A stretch of 64,000 nucleotides of DNA from Gemmatimonadota bacterium (GTDB taxonomy: Bacteria; Gemmatimonadota; Gemmatimonadetes; Gemmatimonadales; GWC2-71-9): NCBI GenBank assembly GCA_036679645.1, contig JAZDCY010000098.1:28426-92425 (forward strand). Reading direction: 5' to 3'. Shown here in pieces: positions 52,405 through 62,935 of the stretch. How positions within the stretch are numbered: position 1 is the stretch's first letter; the number at the start of each line of letters is the position of its first letter. A program made the position numbers and the translations under genes. The notes below the pieces were generated by a model. The model did not search any database. It saw only the letters and a program-made list of their open reading frames with translations, and was not told where the DNA came from.

Positions 52405-54273
52405 TCAGAACCCCAGCGCGTTCGGCAGCAGACTGTTATCCGCCGCGTCCCGCTGTGCACGCTCTAGCTGGCGCCGCAGGTCCTGAACATCCGCGTCTCG
52501 CCGCAACGATGCCATCGCGAGTTGCACCCGCTGCTGACCCGCGAGTTGAATGGCCTGCATCCGTAGCAGGTCGAGCTGGGAGACGAAGAGACTCGAATCG
52601 GCCACGATCTTAGCGTCCGGCCGTACGAAGAAGGTGCCGGCGTCGGTGTGAATTGGACCGCTTGTTTCTCCTACCCCCATCGCAAAGGCGGCGCCCGTAG
52701 CCTCAGGCGCGCCCTGGAAGACCGGTGGGAATGACTGCCGCGTGAACCCTGCCGCAGTGCGTGTGGAGACACCGTGGCGCTCAGCTGCCTCTTCGAGCGT
52801 CATCCCAGATGCAAGATCGGATGCGACCTCGCGGGCGATCTCCTCCGTGCGGGTTTGCTTCGCGGCCTGGGTCGCGGCGATACGCGCCGTCCCGCGGATC
52901 TGGTCGAACGGCGGGACGCCTTCCGGTGCCAAGCTGTCGAGTCGGAAGACGTAGTAGGTCGTCTCGGTCTCGATCACCGGTGACGTCATCCCGATATCGA
53001 TATCACCCCCGAACGCCCAGATGCTTGCATCGCCGATGCCAAACCCGCTGCCCAACCGCAGCCGCCCGCCTTCGACAACCGGCGGCGCCTGACCGACGGG
53101 TAACGAGAGCCAGTCGGCCACCTGGTCGAGCGAACCAGGATCGTCCTGCTCGGCAGCGTAGAGATCCAGCGTATCCGCCTTGCTCTCGACCTCATCCAGG
53201 TGGTCGCCCGCCAGCTCGACGGTCACGAGAATGTGCCGCGCGTGGAATGATGTGTCGGTGCGCGATTCGAGCCGAATGATGTGGTAGCCGAAAGGCGTCC
53301 GTACCGGGTCGGACGTTTCGCCGGGCGTGAGTGTCAGGGCCGCGGTCTCGAATTCAGAGACGAACCGGCCCAGCGCAACCTCGCCCAGGTCGCCGCCCTC
53401 TGCGGCGGATACGGAGTCGGCCGATTCCTGGCGCGCCATCCGTTCGAAATCGGCACCGTCTACCAGTTCCGCATGCAGCCGCTCGGCGCGCTCGATCGCG
53501 GCGACCGAATCGGACGCGTTGGGTTGGCGCGAAAGCGCGACGAAGCTGAGGTATGCCGTGGCCGGGCGCGTGAAATCGTCGCGATGTGCGCGGTAATGTG
53601 CCTCGACCTGCTCGTCGGTCAGCGTGACCTCGGAGTCGGGGACCACGAGGTACGGGAACAGGGGTAACACGACCGCGGTCACCGAGTCGTATTGATCGCG
53701 GTAGCGCCGCCAGAGTTGCGCGTCGGAGACATAGATGCCGGCCGTCAGCTGACTGAAGAGCTTGTTGCGGGGGATCTCGTCGCGGTAACGGGCCTCGAGT
53801 GCCAGTAGGAATCCGGGGTCGGTGCTCGACGCCAGGAACCGCTGGTACTTCTGGAGGTCGAACTGCCCCTCAGTCTGAAACTGGGGCGCGTCTATGATCT
53901 CGGGCGGTGGGTAACTCTGAGCCGCCTCGATGACCTCCTGGTCGCTCACTCGAATGCCCCGGCGACGGAACTCCTGACGCAACAGAATGTTCTGGATCAT
54001 GCTCTCGAGGACCTGGTCCTCCAGCGCGCGCTGGTCCTCGAGCGAGGTCGGGATGACCCCCTGTTCGGCGCGGATGCGGTTCTGTTCGTTGCGCACCGCG
54101 GCGTAGAAGGTCGTGACGTCGATGGTCTCGCCGTTGACCTTGGCCACTGTATTGGGGAGAGACGATCCCTGGCCGGTGACGTCCATACCGACCGAGAAAA
54201 TCATCCAGCCGACAAAAGCGACGGCCACGATACCCATGATGTATTTGGCGCTGGCCCGCATAGAGCGCATCAT
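52405..54273 (-). CDS. PpiD/SurA-type membrane-anchored parvulin chaperone
   Basis: N-terminal TM, SurA_N-like region (AKVNG..I), rotamase (F..MARQES.D..SA..GGDLG, S.PVRT.FGYHII). Confidence 0.88.
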   Translation of the reverse strand: MMRSMRASAKYIMGIVAVAFVGWMIFSVGMDVTGQGSSLPNTVAKVNGETIDVTTFYAAVRNEQNRIRAEQGVIPTSLEDQRALEDQVLESMIQNILLRQEFRRRGIRVSDQEVIEAAQSYPPPEIIDAPQFQTEGQFDLQKYQRFLASSTDPGFLLALEARYRDEIPRNKLFSQLTAGIYVSDAQLWRRYRDQYDSVTAVVLPLFPYLVVPDSEVTLTDEQVEAHYRAHRDDFTRPATAYLSFVALSRQPNASDSVAAIERAERLHAELVDGADFERMARQESADSVSAAEGGDLGEVALGRFVSEFETAALTLTPGETSDPVRTPFGYHIIRLESRTDTSFHARHILVTVELAGDHLDEVESKADTLDLYAAEQDDPGSLDQVADWLSLPVGQAPPVVEGGRLRLGSGFGIGDASIWAFGGDIDIGMTSPVIETETTYYVFRLDSLAPEGVPPFDQIRGTARIAATQAAKQTRTEEIAREVASDLASGMTLEEAAERHGVSTRTAAGFTRQSFPPVFQGAPEATGAAFAMGVGETSGPIHTDAGTFFVRPDAKIVADSSLFVSQLDLLRMQAIQLAGQQRVQLAMASLRRDADVQDLRRQLERAQRDAADNSLLPNALGF

Positions 54274-54361
54274 GACAGAACTATCTCCCTGTAGGATCCT
54301 TCAGAGCGGCTAAGTCTAGGTGTGGCAATGCGCAAACTCAAGCCATGATACCGCCATCAGG

Positions 54362-54391
54362 TTGACAGCGTTCCCTGAAACGCGCTAAGTT
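54362..54391 (+). promoter_or_regulatory. Putative sigma70 promoter for the TPR-aroQ-...-accC unit
   Basis: TTGACA-18 nt-TAAGTT, 11 nt upstream of ATG 54403. Confidence 0.5.
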
Positions 54392-54402
54392 GTTTGCCTG
54401 GA

Positions 54403-56643
54403 ATGGCCTACCAACCCGAGATCGAAAAGCTCGAGCAGCGCTACGCTGCCGAACCGGCTCGGAACTTCGCGCAGCTAGCGGAGGCGTACCGCCGCGATGG
54501 GCGTCTCGACCAGGCGCTCGACATTCTCCATATGCATCTCCAGGAGCGGCCCGACTACGTGAGTGGGCTGGTGGTGCTGGGCCGCTGCCTCGTCGAAAAG
54601 CAGGAAGATACGGAGGCGCAGGCGACCTTCGAGCATGTCCTGATGCTCGACGCCGAGCACATCATCGCCCTCAAGGCGCTGGCGGACATCTCGGGTCGGG
54701 CCAACGACTCGGATGGCGCTCGCAACTGGCTGCAGCGCCTGCTCGACGTCGATCCCATGAACGAAGATGCCCAAGCCGGGCTGGACGCACTGGCTGCGGC
54801 CGCGCCCGCCGAAGAGGTGGTACAGGAGCCCGCTGCGTCCCCGTCCCCGTCCTCGCCCCCCGAGGCGATGGCTCCCTCAGATGTTGAGGAAGAAGAACCG
54901 GAGCCGCCACCCATTCCGCCGACCGTGGCCGTCCCAGCGGTCGATGTGCTCGCGGAGAGCGAGGAGTTGGTCATCGAGCGTGCCTCGGCGGAATACGACG
55001 TCGTCGCGGCCGACCTGGCACCGGTCGAGGTCGAGCAGTCGAGTGAGGCGGCGCTCCCGCCGCTGCCCGAGGTAGTGGATGCCGAGCCCGAGCCCGAGGT
55101 CGAAGACGATCTCGACGCCACCGCGCCGATGTTCGCGAGCGGGCCGGAGCCCGGCGACGCCGGTCCGGAGGAAAGCGAGTCGACGCTCGCGGAGCCCCCG
55201 CCCCAGCCCCTGTCCCCGGATATGCCTGTGGCGGGCGACACCGTGATCGAAGAGGCCATTCCGGAACCGGCGGAAGCCGGTGATCTCGACCTGGAACCGT
55301 TCGATTCGAACCTGGGGTGGGGTACCGGGGAGCGTATCTCTCGGCAGATCACCTCGGAAGACATCGTGGCGGCCGAACTCGCGCACGAGGATGCGCTAGA
55401 GGACGCTGCCGTGCAGGAACTCCCAGGTATGGAAAACGCCGACGTGCCGCCCGTCGGACATGACGCGGCGGCCGAAGGCCCGAAACTCGAGACGACGGCC
55501 ACCCCCACACCGCCGGAGGGCATTGCCGAGCCGGTGGCTGGCCTCGAGCCCGAGGAGTTCGAGCCCGTCGACAGCGAAGGAACCACGCCACTCGAAGGCC
55601 TTGAGCCCACGAGCGAGGACGCGACGACCATCCCCGACCTCGGCACCGATGGGATCGTCACCTTCGGTTCCGCCGAGACGGTTCGCTTGGAAGGTATCGA
55701 TGCTCCTGCTTCCACGCCGGCCAGTGACCTCGGATTTCCGGCGACGGAAGAGGAGACGGTCTGGGTCGAGCCGGAGGAGCCAACGCCAACCGCACAGCTA
55801 TCCGCGCCAGTCGCAGAGCCCGCTTTGGAGAGCGGGGAGGCTGTGGTGGTCCCGGATGAAGTGGTTGAGCCCGTGCCGGTGGATGAGACTCCGCCAGAGG
55901 ACGGCGAAAGCAAGAAGCGCAGCTCGCTGGACGGGTTGCCGGTGTTCATGCCGGACGATGACGAGGAATCCGCTCCCACGGGCGAGCCTGAGCCGGTCGT
56001 GACCGAGACGATGGCCGAGGTATACGCGAGGCAGGGTTTGATCGACGAGGCGCGGGACGTGTACCGCAAACTGCTAGATGCGCGACCCAATGACCCTCGG
56101 TTGCAGGATCGGCTTGCGGCACTCGATGCGCAGCCAGCCGCGGAGGCGGGGGCGGGGACAAAAACCGACCGGTATTCGGCCGCCGCGATCGGTGGGGAAT
56201 CGGCGCGGTCCTTCCTCCGGTCCATCTTGAGCGGTCACGTCGGTGAGTCACCGTCAGCACAAGCGGCGCCGGCAAGTGTCGCTCCCGTCCCCGTGGAGGC
56301 GACCCCGGCCGCGACGCCCGCGCCTTCGCCTATCGATGAGGCGTTCGAGGGCGAGGATGCGGATACGGCCCCCGGTGCTCCCACACAGCCCGCGTCGGAC
56401 GAGATGTCTCTCTCAAACGTCTTCGGTGACGCGCCCGCACCGGCAGCGCCAGAGGTGGAATCTGAGACACCGGAGACAGCGCCCGGGGCGGGGGCGCCCG
56501 GCGGGTTCTCGTTCGATGAGTTCTTCGGGAGTCGTCCCGGAGGTCGCCGCTCCACCGGTGAGCATCGCCCACCCCGGGATACCATGTCCGACGACGAGGG
56601 GGACGAGGCCTTCAGGAACTGGTTGAAGGGTTTGAAAGGCTAG
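54403..56643 (+). CDS. TPR protein with long acidic/Pro-rich disordered region
   Basis: N-terminal TPRs ([11 protein letters not shown]), internal [11 protein letters not shown]...EA..VY TPR, C-terminal amphipathic F.NWL.GL helix. Confidence 0.8.
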   Translation: MAYQPEIEKLEQRYAAEPARNFAQLAEAYRRDGRLDQALDILHMHLQERPDYVSGLVVLGRCLVEKQEDTEAQATFEHVLMLDAEHIIALKALADISGRANDSDGARNWLQRLLDVDPMNEDAQAGLDALAAAAPAEEVVQEPAASPSPSSPPEAMAPSDVEEEEPEPPPIPPTVAVPAVDVLAESEELVIERASAEYDVVAADLAPVEVEQSSEAALPPLPEVVDAEPEPEVEDDLDATAPMFASGPEPGDAGPEESESTLAEPPPQPLSPDMPVAGDTVIEEAIPEPAEAGDLDLEPFDSNLGWGTGERISRQITSEDIVAAELAHEDALEDAAVQELPGMENADVPPVGHDAAAEGPKLETTATPTPPEGIAEPVAGLEPEEFEPVDSEGTTPLEGLEPTSEDATTIPDLGTDGIVTFGSAETVRLEGIDAPASTPASDLGFPATEEETVWVEPEEPTPTAQLSAPVAEPALESGEAVVVPDEVVEPVPVDETPPEDGESKKRSSLDGLPVFMPDDDEESAPTGEPEPVVTETMAEVYARQGLIDEARDVYRKLLDARPNDPRLQDRLAALDAQPAAEAGAGTKTDRYSAAAIGGESARSFLRSILSGHVGESPSAQAAPASVAPVPVEATPAATPAPSPIDEAFEGEDADTAPGAPTQPASDEMSLSNVFGDAPAPAAPEVESETPETAPGAGAPGGFSFDEFFGSRPGGRRSTGEHRPPRDTMSDDEGDEAFRNWLKGLKG

Positions 56644-57098
56644 TGCGGATAGCCGTCTTGAACGGCCCCAATCTCAATCTGCTGGGCAGTCGCGAACCGG
56701 AGATCTACGGGCGGGTGACGCTCGACGAGATTCGGGAAATCGTGGTCCGGCACGCGTCGGATCTCGGGGCAGAGGTGCGCTGGGAACAGACCAACCACGA
56801 AGGGGAATTGGTCGACCTCGTCCAGGAGCTGGCCGCGACTGCTGACGGGGCGCTGCTCAATGCCGCCGCTCTGACGCATACCTCGCTGGCCCTGCGTGAC
56901 GCGCTGCTGGCGGTGCAGGTCCCGTTCGTCGAGGTCCATCTCTCGAACATCTACGCACGCGAGGAAGAAGAACGCCGCCGGTCGCTCATCGCCGACCTCG
57001 CGGTGGGGATCATAGCGGGGTTTGGCGCGCGCAGTTACGTGCTGGGTCTCGATGCCCTCGTCGGCCACCTATCGGAGCGTGCGACCCGACCTTCGTGA
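56643..57098 (+). CDS. aroQ: Type II 3-dehydroquinate dehydratase
   Basis: [36 protein letters not shown]. Confidence 0.96.
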   Translation: MRIAVLNGPNLNLLGSREPEIYGRVTLDEIREIVVRHASDLGAEVRWEQTNHEGELVDLVQELAATADGALLNAAALTHTSLALRDALLAVQVPFVEVHLSNIYAREEEERRRSLIADLAVGIIAGFGARSYVLGLDALVGHLSERATRPS

Positions 57099-58167
57099 GG
57101 ATCGCCAAGCGGCCGTGCGGGTCTTGCTCGAACCCGACGGCCTTCGGGCGCTCATCGTCACCCACCTTCCCAACATACGCTACCTCACCGGTTTCACCGG
57201 TAGTTCGGGTGCCGCTATCGTGCTGCCCGACCACGTGGTGCTGGTCACCGACTTCCGCTACGAAACGCAAGCCGCGGACGAAGTGGGGAGTGCCGCGCGG
57301 GTGGAGATCGTCCGCACCGATCAGTGGAAACGGGTCAGAAAGGTGCTCAATGACGCTCCATGTATCTCGGAGGTTGGTTTTGAGGCCGAGAGCGTGAGCG
57401 TGGCGACCGCGCAACGGCTGAGCGATGGTGATTGGTCGGTCGCGGCGCGGCCGGTGCGAGGTCCGGTAGAACAACTTCGCGCGAGCAAACATCCGTCGGA
57501 GGTTGAATCGATCCGGCAGGCTGCCTGTTTGGCCGCAGAAGCGTTCGAGGAGGTCACGTGCGCAATCCGGCCCGGCGTACCCGAGCTGACCATAGCTGCT
57601 GAGTTGGAGCGGGCGCTGCGGCTGCGCGGTAGCGAATGGCACCCCTTCCAGACGATCGTCGCGTCAGGTCCCCGGAGCGCCTTGCCCCACGCGCGCACCG
57701 GCAATAGGGAGCTGCGACCGGGTGATTTCGTCTTGCTCGACTTCGGTGCGCAGGTGGACGGCTACTGCGCCGATCTCACGCGCACGGTCGTTCTGGGAAC
57801 TGCCGATGAACGGCAACGTACCGTCTATGAAATCGTGCGCAGCTCGCAGGCAGACGCCCGCAGCCACGTGCACGCGGGCATGACGGGTGCGGATGCGGAC
57901 GCACTGGCACGCTCACCAATTGCCGCCCGCGGCTTCGGGGACGCGTTTGGTCACTCACTGGGACACGGTTTGGGGCTCGAGGTGCACGAGGCGCCCCGCC
58001 TCGGCCGCACCAACGACAAGCCGCTTCCGGCAGATGCGGTAGTCACAATCGAGCCGGGCGTATACTTTGCGGGCTGGGGTGGAGTGCGGATCGAGGACGA
58101 TATCCACCTTGCGGCGGAGGGGGCGAGGCTCCTCTCAGATGGGCAAACTGAGCTGATGGAATTGTGA
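57079..58167 (+). CDS. Xaa-Pro peptidase (M24B)
   Basis: [24 protein letters not shown]...[30 protein letters not shown]. Confidence 0.92.
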   Translation: MRPDLREDRQAAVRVLLEPDGLRALIVTHLPNIRYLTGFTGSSGAAIVLPDHVVLVTDFRYETQAADEVGSAARVEIVRTDQWKRVRKVLNDAPCISEVGFEAESVSVATAQRLSDGDWSVAARPVRGPVEQLRASKHPSEVESIRQAACLAAEAFEEVTCAIRPGVPELTIAAELERALRLRGSEWHPFQTIVASGPRSALPHARTGNRELRPGDFVLLDFGAQVDGYCADLTRTVVLGTADERQRTVYEIVRSSQADARSHVHAGMTGADADALARSPIAARGFGDAFGHSLGHGLGLEVHEAPRLGRTNDKPLPADAVVTIEPGVYFAGWGGVRIEDDIHLAAEGARLLSDGQTELMEL

Positions 58168-58183
58168 CCGGTAATGGAGGCGA

Positions 58184-58744
58184 ATGGCCAGTACCGCTGA
58201 CTTTCGGAACGGGATGGTGCTCGATATTGACGGCAACCTGTTCCAGATAGTCTATTTTCAGCACGTCAAGCCCGGGAAGGGCGGCGCGTTCGTGCGCAGC
58301 AAGCTGAAGAACGTGAAGACGGGGGCGGTGCTCGACAAGACGTGGAACGCCGGCGAGCGGGTGACGGACGTCCGTCTCGAACGGCGACCCATCCAGTACT
58401 CGTACCATGACGAGCACCACTATCACTTCATGGATCTTCAGACGTACGAGGACATTCTCCTCGACGCCGAACTCATTGGAGAGGGTCAGCTCAAGTACCT
58501 GAAGGAAGGGATGGAATGCTCCGGTCTCGTGCACAACGAGACTGTCATCATGGTGGAGTTGCCGTTCTTCATCGAGCTGGAAGTGGTCGAGACAGATCCC
58601 GGCGTGCGCGGTGATACCGCATCCGGCGGGACGAAACCGGCCAAACTCGAGACGGGCGCGGTCGTGCAGGTCCCGCTCTTCGTCGAGCAGGGTCAGCAAG
58701 TCCGCGTCGACCGTCGCGAAGACAAATACCTCGAGCGCGTATGA
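58184..58744 (+). CDS. efp: Elongation factor P
   Basis: HVKPGKGGAFVR, TDPGVRGDTASGG.KPA.LETG. Confidence 0.98.
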   Translation: MASTADFRNGMVLDIDGNLFQIVYFQHVKPGKGGAFVRSKLKNVKTGAVLDKTWNAGERVTDVRLERRPIQYSYHDEHHYHFMDLQTYEDILLDAELIGEGQLKYLKEGMECSGLVHNETVIMVELPFFIELEVVETDPGVRGDTASGGTKPAKLETGAVVQVPLFVEQGQQVRVDRREDKYLERV

Positions 58745-59205
58745 TCGATTTCGGCGTTCTGGAAAAACTGATCGACCTACTCAATCGCTCCGATGCGCAC
58801 ACCATCGAGGTGCGCAAGGGCTTTTGGTCGACCACCGTGAGGATCTCCAAAGGGGGGGGCGGCTTGTCCAATTCGGGTGGTCCGGTGACGTACCAGGTCG
58901 CGGCGGGCAATCCAACGCCCGCACCTGCCGCGCCTGCTGCGCCTGAGCAGGTTGCCAAGTCGTTAACGGAGATCAAGTCTCCCATGGTCGGCACCTTCTA
59001 TACGCAGCCCGAGCCCGGCGCCGATCCGTACGTGCGGGCGGGAAGCCGTATCAAGCCTGGCGATACGCTCTGTATCATCGAGGCCATGAAGATCATGAAC
59101 CCGCTCGATTCCGAGGTGTCGGGTGTTGTGCGCGAGGTACTCGCGGACGACGCGCAGCCGGTGGAGTTCGGGCAAGTCCTCTTCCGGGTGGACCCCAATG
59201 CCTGA
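58741..59205 (+). CDS. accB: Biotin carboxyl carrier protein
   Basis: SPMVGTFY, IIEAMKIMN, PVEFGQ.LF. Confidence 0.96.
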   Translation: MIDFGVLEKLIDLLNRSDAHTIEVRKGFWSTTVRISKGGGGLSNSGGPVTYQVAAGNPTPAPAAPAAPEQVAKSLTEIKSPMVGTFYTQPEPGADPYVRAGSRIKPGDTLCIIEAMKIMNPLDSEVSGVVREVLADDAQPVEFGQVLFRVDPNA

Positions 59206-60373
59206 GTCAGCCCAATTCAACTTCAAGTCCGCGATCACCGGGATGGTCCAGGCCGGCGGGTCGGACCTTCACCTCAAGGTCGGCCGGCCGCCCACGGTGC
59301 GGATTGCCGGTGATCTCAAACCCATCGATCAGGCCGCGCTCAAGCCCGAAGAGCTGAAGGCTCTGGCCGAGCAGCTCATGACGCCTCGGCAGGTGAAAGA
59401 GTTCGCGGAGCACAAGGAAGCGGACTTTGCCATCGGCGTGCCGGGCGTGGGTCGGTTCCGGACGAACGTGTTCCAGCAACGCGGAACGCTCGCGTTTGTG
59501 TTCCGGGCTATCCCCTACGAGCTGAAGACGATCCGCGAGTTGAACTTGCCGGATGTGCTCGAGCGGCTGACGCTCAAGCCGCGCGGCTTGATTCTGGTGA
59601 CGGGGGTGACGGGGTCGGGGAAATCGACGGCTCTGGCCGCGATGATCCACCACATCAACCAGAACCGGCACTGCAACATCATCACGATCGAGGACCCGAT
59701 CGAGTTCCTGCATCGGGATGGGGCGGCGAACATCTCGCAGCGCGAGGTGGGGACGGACACGTTGTCGTTCGAGACGGCGTTGCGGCACGTGCTACGGCAG
59801 GATCCGGACGTCATCCTCATCGGCGAGATTCGTGATCGCGTGACACTCGACACGGCCATGAAGGCCGCCGACACGGGGCACCTGGTGTTCTCGACGCTGC
59901 ACACGACGGACGCGACGCAGACGATCAATCGCGTGATTTCCTTCTTCCCGCCGCACGAGCACGACGCGGTGCGGAACCTGCTCTCGACGTCGCTGGAAGC
60001 GGTGGTCTCGTTGCGCCTGGTGCCCACGAAGGACGGGACAGGCCGCGTGCCCGCCTGCGAGGTACTGGTGAACACCGCTGCGGTGTGCGACAACCTGCGC
60101 GACCCCGAGAAGGCGCTCAACATTCCCGATCTGATTCGGGAGGGCACGGTGCAGTACGGGATGCAGTCATTCGATCAGTCGCTAATGAACTGGTACAAGA
60201 AGGGCGACATTACGTACGAGAGCGCGCTCTTTTACTCGACCAATCCAGACGAATTTGCGTTGCGCGTGAGCGGTATCGAGGGCACGTCGGATCGCACGTT
60301 TGCGGACGATCTTGGTGATGCGACGCCGAGCGCCCCGCCGGCAGACGAGTTGCCCGGCGGGTTTACGGCGTAG
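59198..60373 (+). CDS. pilT: PilT/PilU-family type IV pilus retraction ATPase
   Basis: SDLHL, GRFR.N.F.QRG, Walker [42 protein letters not shown]. Confidence 0.9.
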   Translation: MPESAQFNFKSAITGMVQAGGSDLHLKVGRPPTVRIAGDLKPIDQAALKPEELKALAEQLMTPRQVKEFAEHKEADFAIGVPGVGRFRTNVFQQRGTLAFVFRAIPYELKTIRELNLPDVLERLTLKPRGLILVTGVTGSGKSTALAAMIHHINQNRHCNIITIEDPIEFLHRDGAANISQREVGTDTLSFETALRHVLRQDPDVILIGEIRDRVTLDTAMKAADTGHLVFSTLHTTDATQTINRVISFFPPHEHDAVRNLLSTSLEAVVSLRLVPTKDGTGRVPACEVLVNTAAVCDNLRDPEKALNIPDLIREGTVQYGMQSFDQSLMNWYKKGDITYESALFYSTNPDEFALRVSGIEGTSDRTFADDLGDATPSAPPADELPGGFTA

Positions 60374-60405
60374 GATGGTGGAAAGGCGCCGCCACACTAG
60401 TCTCC

Positions 60406-61776
60406 ATGTTCAAGAAGATCCTCATCGCCAACCGCGGCGAGATTGCTCTGCGCGTCATTCGCGCGTGCCGCGAGTTGGGTATCGCGACGGTGGCCGTCTA
60501 CAGTGAGGCCGACCGCGAGTGCCTGCACGTGCGGTTTGCCGATGACGACGTCTGCATAGGCCCGCCGCCGAGTCGTCTTTCCTATTTGCGCATCCCCGGC
60601 ATAATCGCAGCCGCCGAGATCACGGGCGCTGACGCCATTCACCCGGGCTACGGGTTCCTTGCGGAGAGCCCGGAGTTCGCCGAGACGTGTGTGGCGTCCG
60701 GCGTCACGTTCATCGGTCCGACGGCGGAACAGATTCGGCTGATGGGGGACAAGGCCGCTGCCAGGAAACTCGCCCAGGAATTGGAGATTCCGGTCGTGCC
60801 GGGTTCCCCCGGTGCCATCGAGGATCCAGCCGAGGCAGAGCGGATCGCGCACGACATAGGGTTCCCGGTCATCATCAAGGCGGCGGCGGGCGGTGGCGGG
60901 AAAGGCATGCGGGTCGCGACCGATGCGGAAAGCTTCGCACGGGCTTTTCAGTTGGCCCGGAACGAAGCGCTCGCGGCGTTTGGATCGGCCGAGGTGTACG
61001 TGGAAAAATTCCTCGACCGACCGCGGCACGTCGAGATCCAGCTCATGGGCGACACGCACGGCAAGGTGATGCATCTGGGCGAGCGGGACTGCTCGGTACA
61101 GCGCCGACACCAGAAGCTCATCGAGGAATCGCCCAGCCCCGCGCTCACTCCGGAGCTGCGAGAGACGATGGGTGCCACCGCCGTGCGTGCCGCCGAGCAT
61201 ATCGGGTACGTGGGAGCGGGCACGGTCGAGTTCCTGCTGGACGAGGACGGGTCCTTCTATTTCATGGAGATGAACACCCGGATCCAGGTCGAGCATCCGG
61301 TAACGGAGATGGTGACGAGCCACGATCTGGTAAAGGAGCAGATTCGTGTTGCGGCCGGCGAACCGCTGCGACTCATGTTGAAGGGCAATCGGCTTCGCGG
61401 GCACTCGATAGAGTGTCGCGTCAACGCAGAAGACCCCGCTCGTAACTTCCAGCCGGCTCCCGGCGTGATCACGGCATTCCATCCCCCCGGCGGACCGGGC
61501 GTGCGTGTGGATACGCATATCTATGCGGGGTACACGGTACCGCCCTACTATGATTCCCTGTTGGCCAAGGTGATTGTGCACGGCAACTCGCGCGAGGAAG
61601 CGCGGGTACGCATGAGCCAGGCGCTAGATTCATTCATCGTCGAGGGCGTAACGACGACGATTCCCTTCTTGCGGCGTGTCATCGAACACGAAAGTTTCGC
61701 GAGCGGAGACGTGGACACGAAGTTTCTCGAGCGGCATCCCGAGCTGATGGTGGAGCCCGAGGCCGTCGGTGCGTAG
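60406..61776 (+). CDS. accC: Biotin carboxylase
   Basis: [43 protein letters not shown]. Confidence 0.98.
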   Translation: MFKKILIANRGEIALRVIRACRELGIATVAVYSEADRECLHVRFADDDVCIGPPPSRLSYLRIPGIIAAAEITGADAIHPGYGFLAESPEFAETCVASGVTFIGPTAEQIRLMGDKAAARKLAQELEIPVVPGSPGAIEDPAEAERIAHDIGFPVIIKAAAGGGGKGMRVATDAESFARAFQLARNEALAAFGSAEVYVEKFLDRPRHVEIQLMGDTHGKVMHLGERDCSVQRRHQKLIEESPSPALTPELRETMGATAVRAAEHIGYVGAGTVEFLLDEDGSFYFMEMNTRIQVEHPVTEMVTSHDLVKEQIRVAAGEPLRLMLKGNRLRGHSIECRVNAEDPARNFQPAPGVITAFHPPGGPGVRVDTHIYAGYTVPPYYDSLLAKVIVHGNSREEARVRMSQALDSFIVEGVTTTIPFLRRVIEHESFASGDVDTKFLERHPELMVEPEAVGA

Positions 61777-61785
61777 CCAGCCAGT

Positions 61786-62010
61786 GTGCCGCTTGAGCCA
61801 ACAGGTCCCTCCGCGCGCTGCTGACGACGCAGCGTGCCGCTTGAGCCAACAGGTCCCTCCGCGCGCTGCTGACGACGCAGAGTGCCGCTTGAGCCAACAG
61901 GTCCCTCCGCGCGCTGCTGACGACGCAGAGTGCCGCTTGAGCCAACAGGTCCCTCCGCGCGCTGACGACGCAGCGTGCCGCTTGAGCCAACAGGTCCCTC
62001 CGCGCGCTGC
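61786..62010. repeat. 48-bp tandem repeat, ~4.7 copies
   Basis: Unit GTGCCGCTTGAGCCAACAGGTCCCTCCGCGCGCTGCTGACGACGCAG(C/A) starting at 61786, 61834, 61882, 61930 (45 bp) and 61975 (partial). Confidence 0.95.
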
Positions 62011-62103
62011 AGCTCGTGGGGTACTTGGCGATCGCGGGCTGGGGCAGCGAGCTGACGCGCGCTCCGGGACCTGTCGGTCTGCGCGCCACGCCCGTCGACT
62101 TCT

Positions 62104-62173
62104 GCCGTACCGTACACCCTGCACTCTGCGCCCTGCACCCTGCGCGTCACACGTTGCACGTTGCACGTTGCAT
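62104..62173. repeat. Heptamer array (NNTGCAC family)
   Basis: GCCGTAC CGTACAC CCTGCAC TCTGCGC CCTGCAC CCTGCGC GTCACAC GTTGCAC GTTGCAC GTTGCAT. Confidence 0.8.
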
Positions 62174-62193
62174 GATATCCGGTTTCCCCGATC

Positions 62194-62934
62194 GTGAAGA
62201 TCTCTGTCTATTTCACCCCCCTCGGCGTCACACCAGCGGCTATCGCGGACAGGCCGGTGCTGGTGGTCGACATCCTGCGCGCAACGACGACCATCGTTGC
62301 CGCGCTGGCCAACGGGGCGAAGGCCGTTGTACCGGTGGAATCTACGGATGACGCCGTCCGTCTCGCGCAGACGCTCGAACGTGACGACGTGTTGCTTGCG
62401 GGTGAGCGCGGGGGGGAGCGGGTGAGCGGATTTGCGCTGGGCAATTCGCCCCGGGAGATGACTGCCGAGGTAGTTGGCGGCAAGACACTCGTGATGTCCA
62501 CGACCAACGGAACGCCCGCTGTAACGGCGGCGCTGTCGGGTTCGCCCGTGATCATAGGGGCCGCCACCAATTTCTCGGCCGCCGCGGAGCGTGCACGGCA
62601 GGCGTTTGCGGAGGCTGGTGAGTTGGTGATCTTGTGCGCCGGTCGCGAGCGCCGGTTCGCACTGGAGGACGCGTACGCCGCGGGACGGTTCGCGCAGGCA
62701 GTGATCCCGACCGGCAAACGGCGCTCGGTCGAATTGGATGATGCGGCGGTCGTGGCGCTCGAGATGGTCAAGCGGTACGGCGACAAATGGAAGCGGGCGG
62801 TGCAGGCGAGCGCGGCTGCCAAGGCACTCGGGCAGCTTGGATTCCGCGCCGATGTCACCGCGGCGACCGAGGTCGATGCGCACGCTATCGTTCCCATATA
62901 CGCAGATCGGCACATCACGATAGCTCAGGAGTGA
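62194..62934 (+). CDS. comB: 2-phosphosulfolactate phosphatase family protein
   Basis: VVDILRATTT, LAGERGG...GF.LGNSP, TTNGT, F.LED...AG. Confidence 0.9.
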   Translation: MKISVYFTPLGVTPAAIADRPVLVVDILRATTTIVAALANGAKAVVPVESTDDAVRLAQTLERDDVLLAGERGGERVSGFALGNSPREMTAEVVGGKTLVMSTTNGTPAVTAALSGSPVIIGAATNFSAAAERARQAFAEAGELVILCAGRERRFALEDAYAAGRFAQAVIPTGKRRSVELDDAAVVALEMVKRYGDKWKRAVQASAAAKALGQLGFRADVTAATEVDAHAIVPIYADRHITIAQE

Positions 62935-62935
62935 C

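Noticed and set aside
61786..62010. CRISPR array (36-nt repeat + spacer)
   Set aside because: Intervening segments are only 9-12 nt and nearly identical; no leader or cas genes
61769..62197. Repeat-derived ORFs (CRLSQQVPPRAADDA)n
   Set aside because: Open only because the unit length is a multiple of 3; no SD or domain evidence
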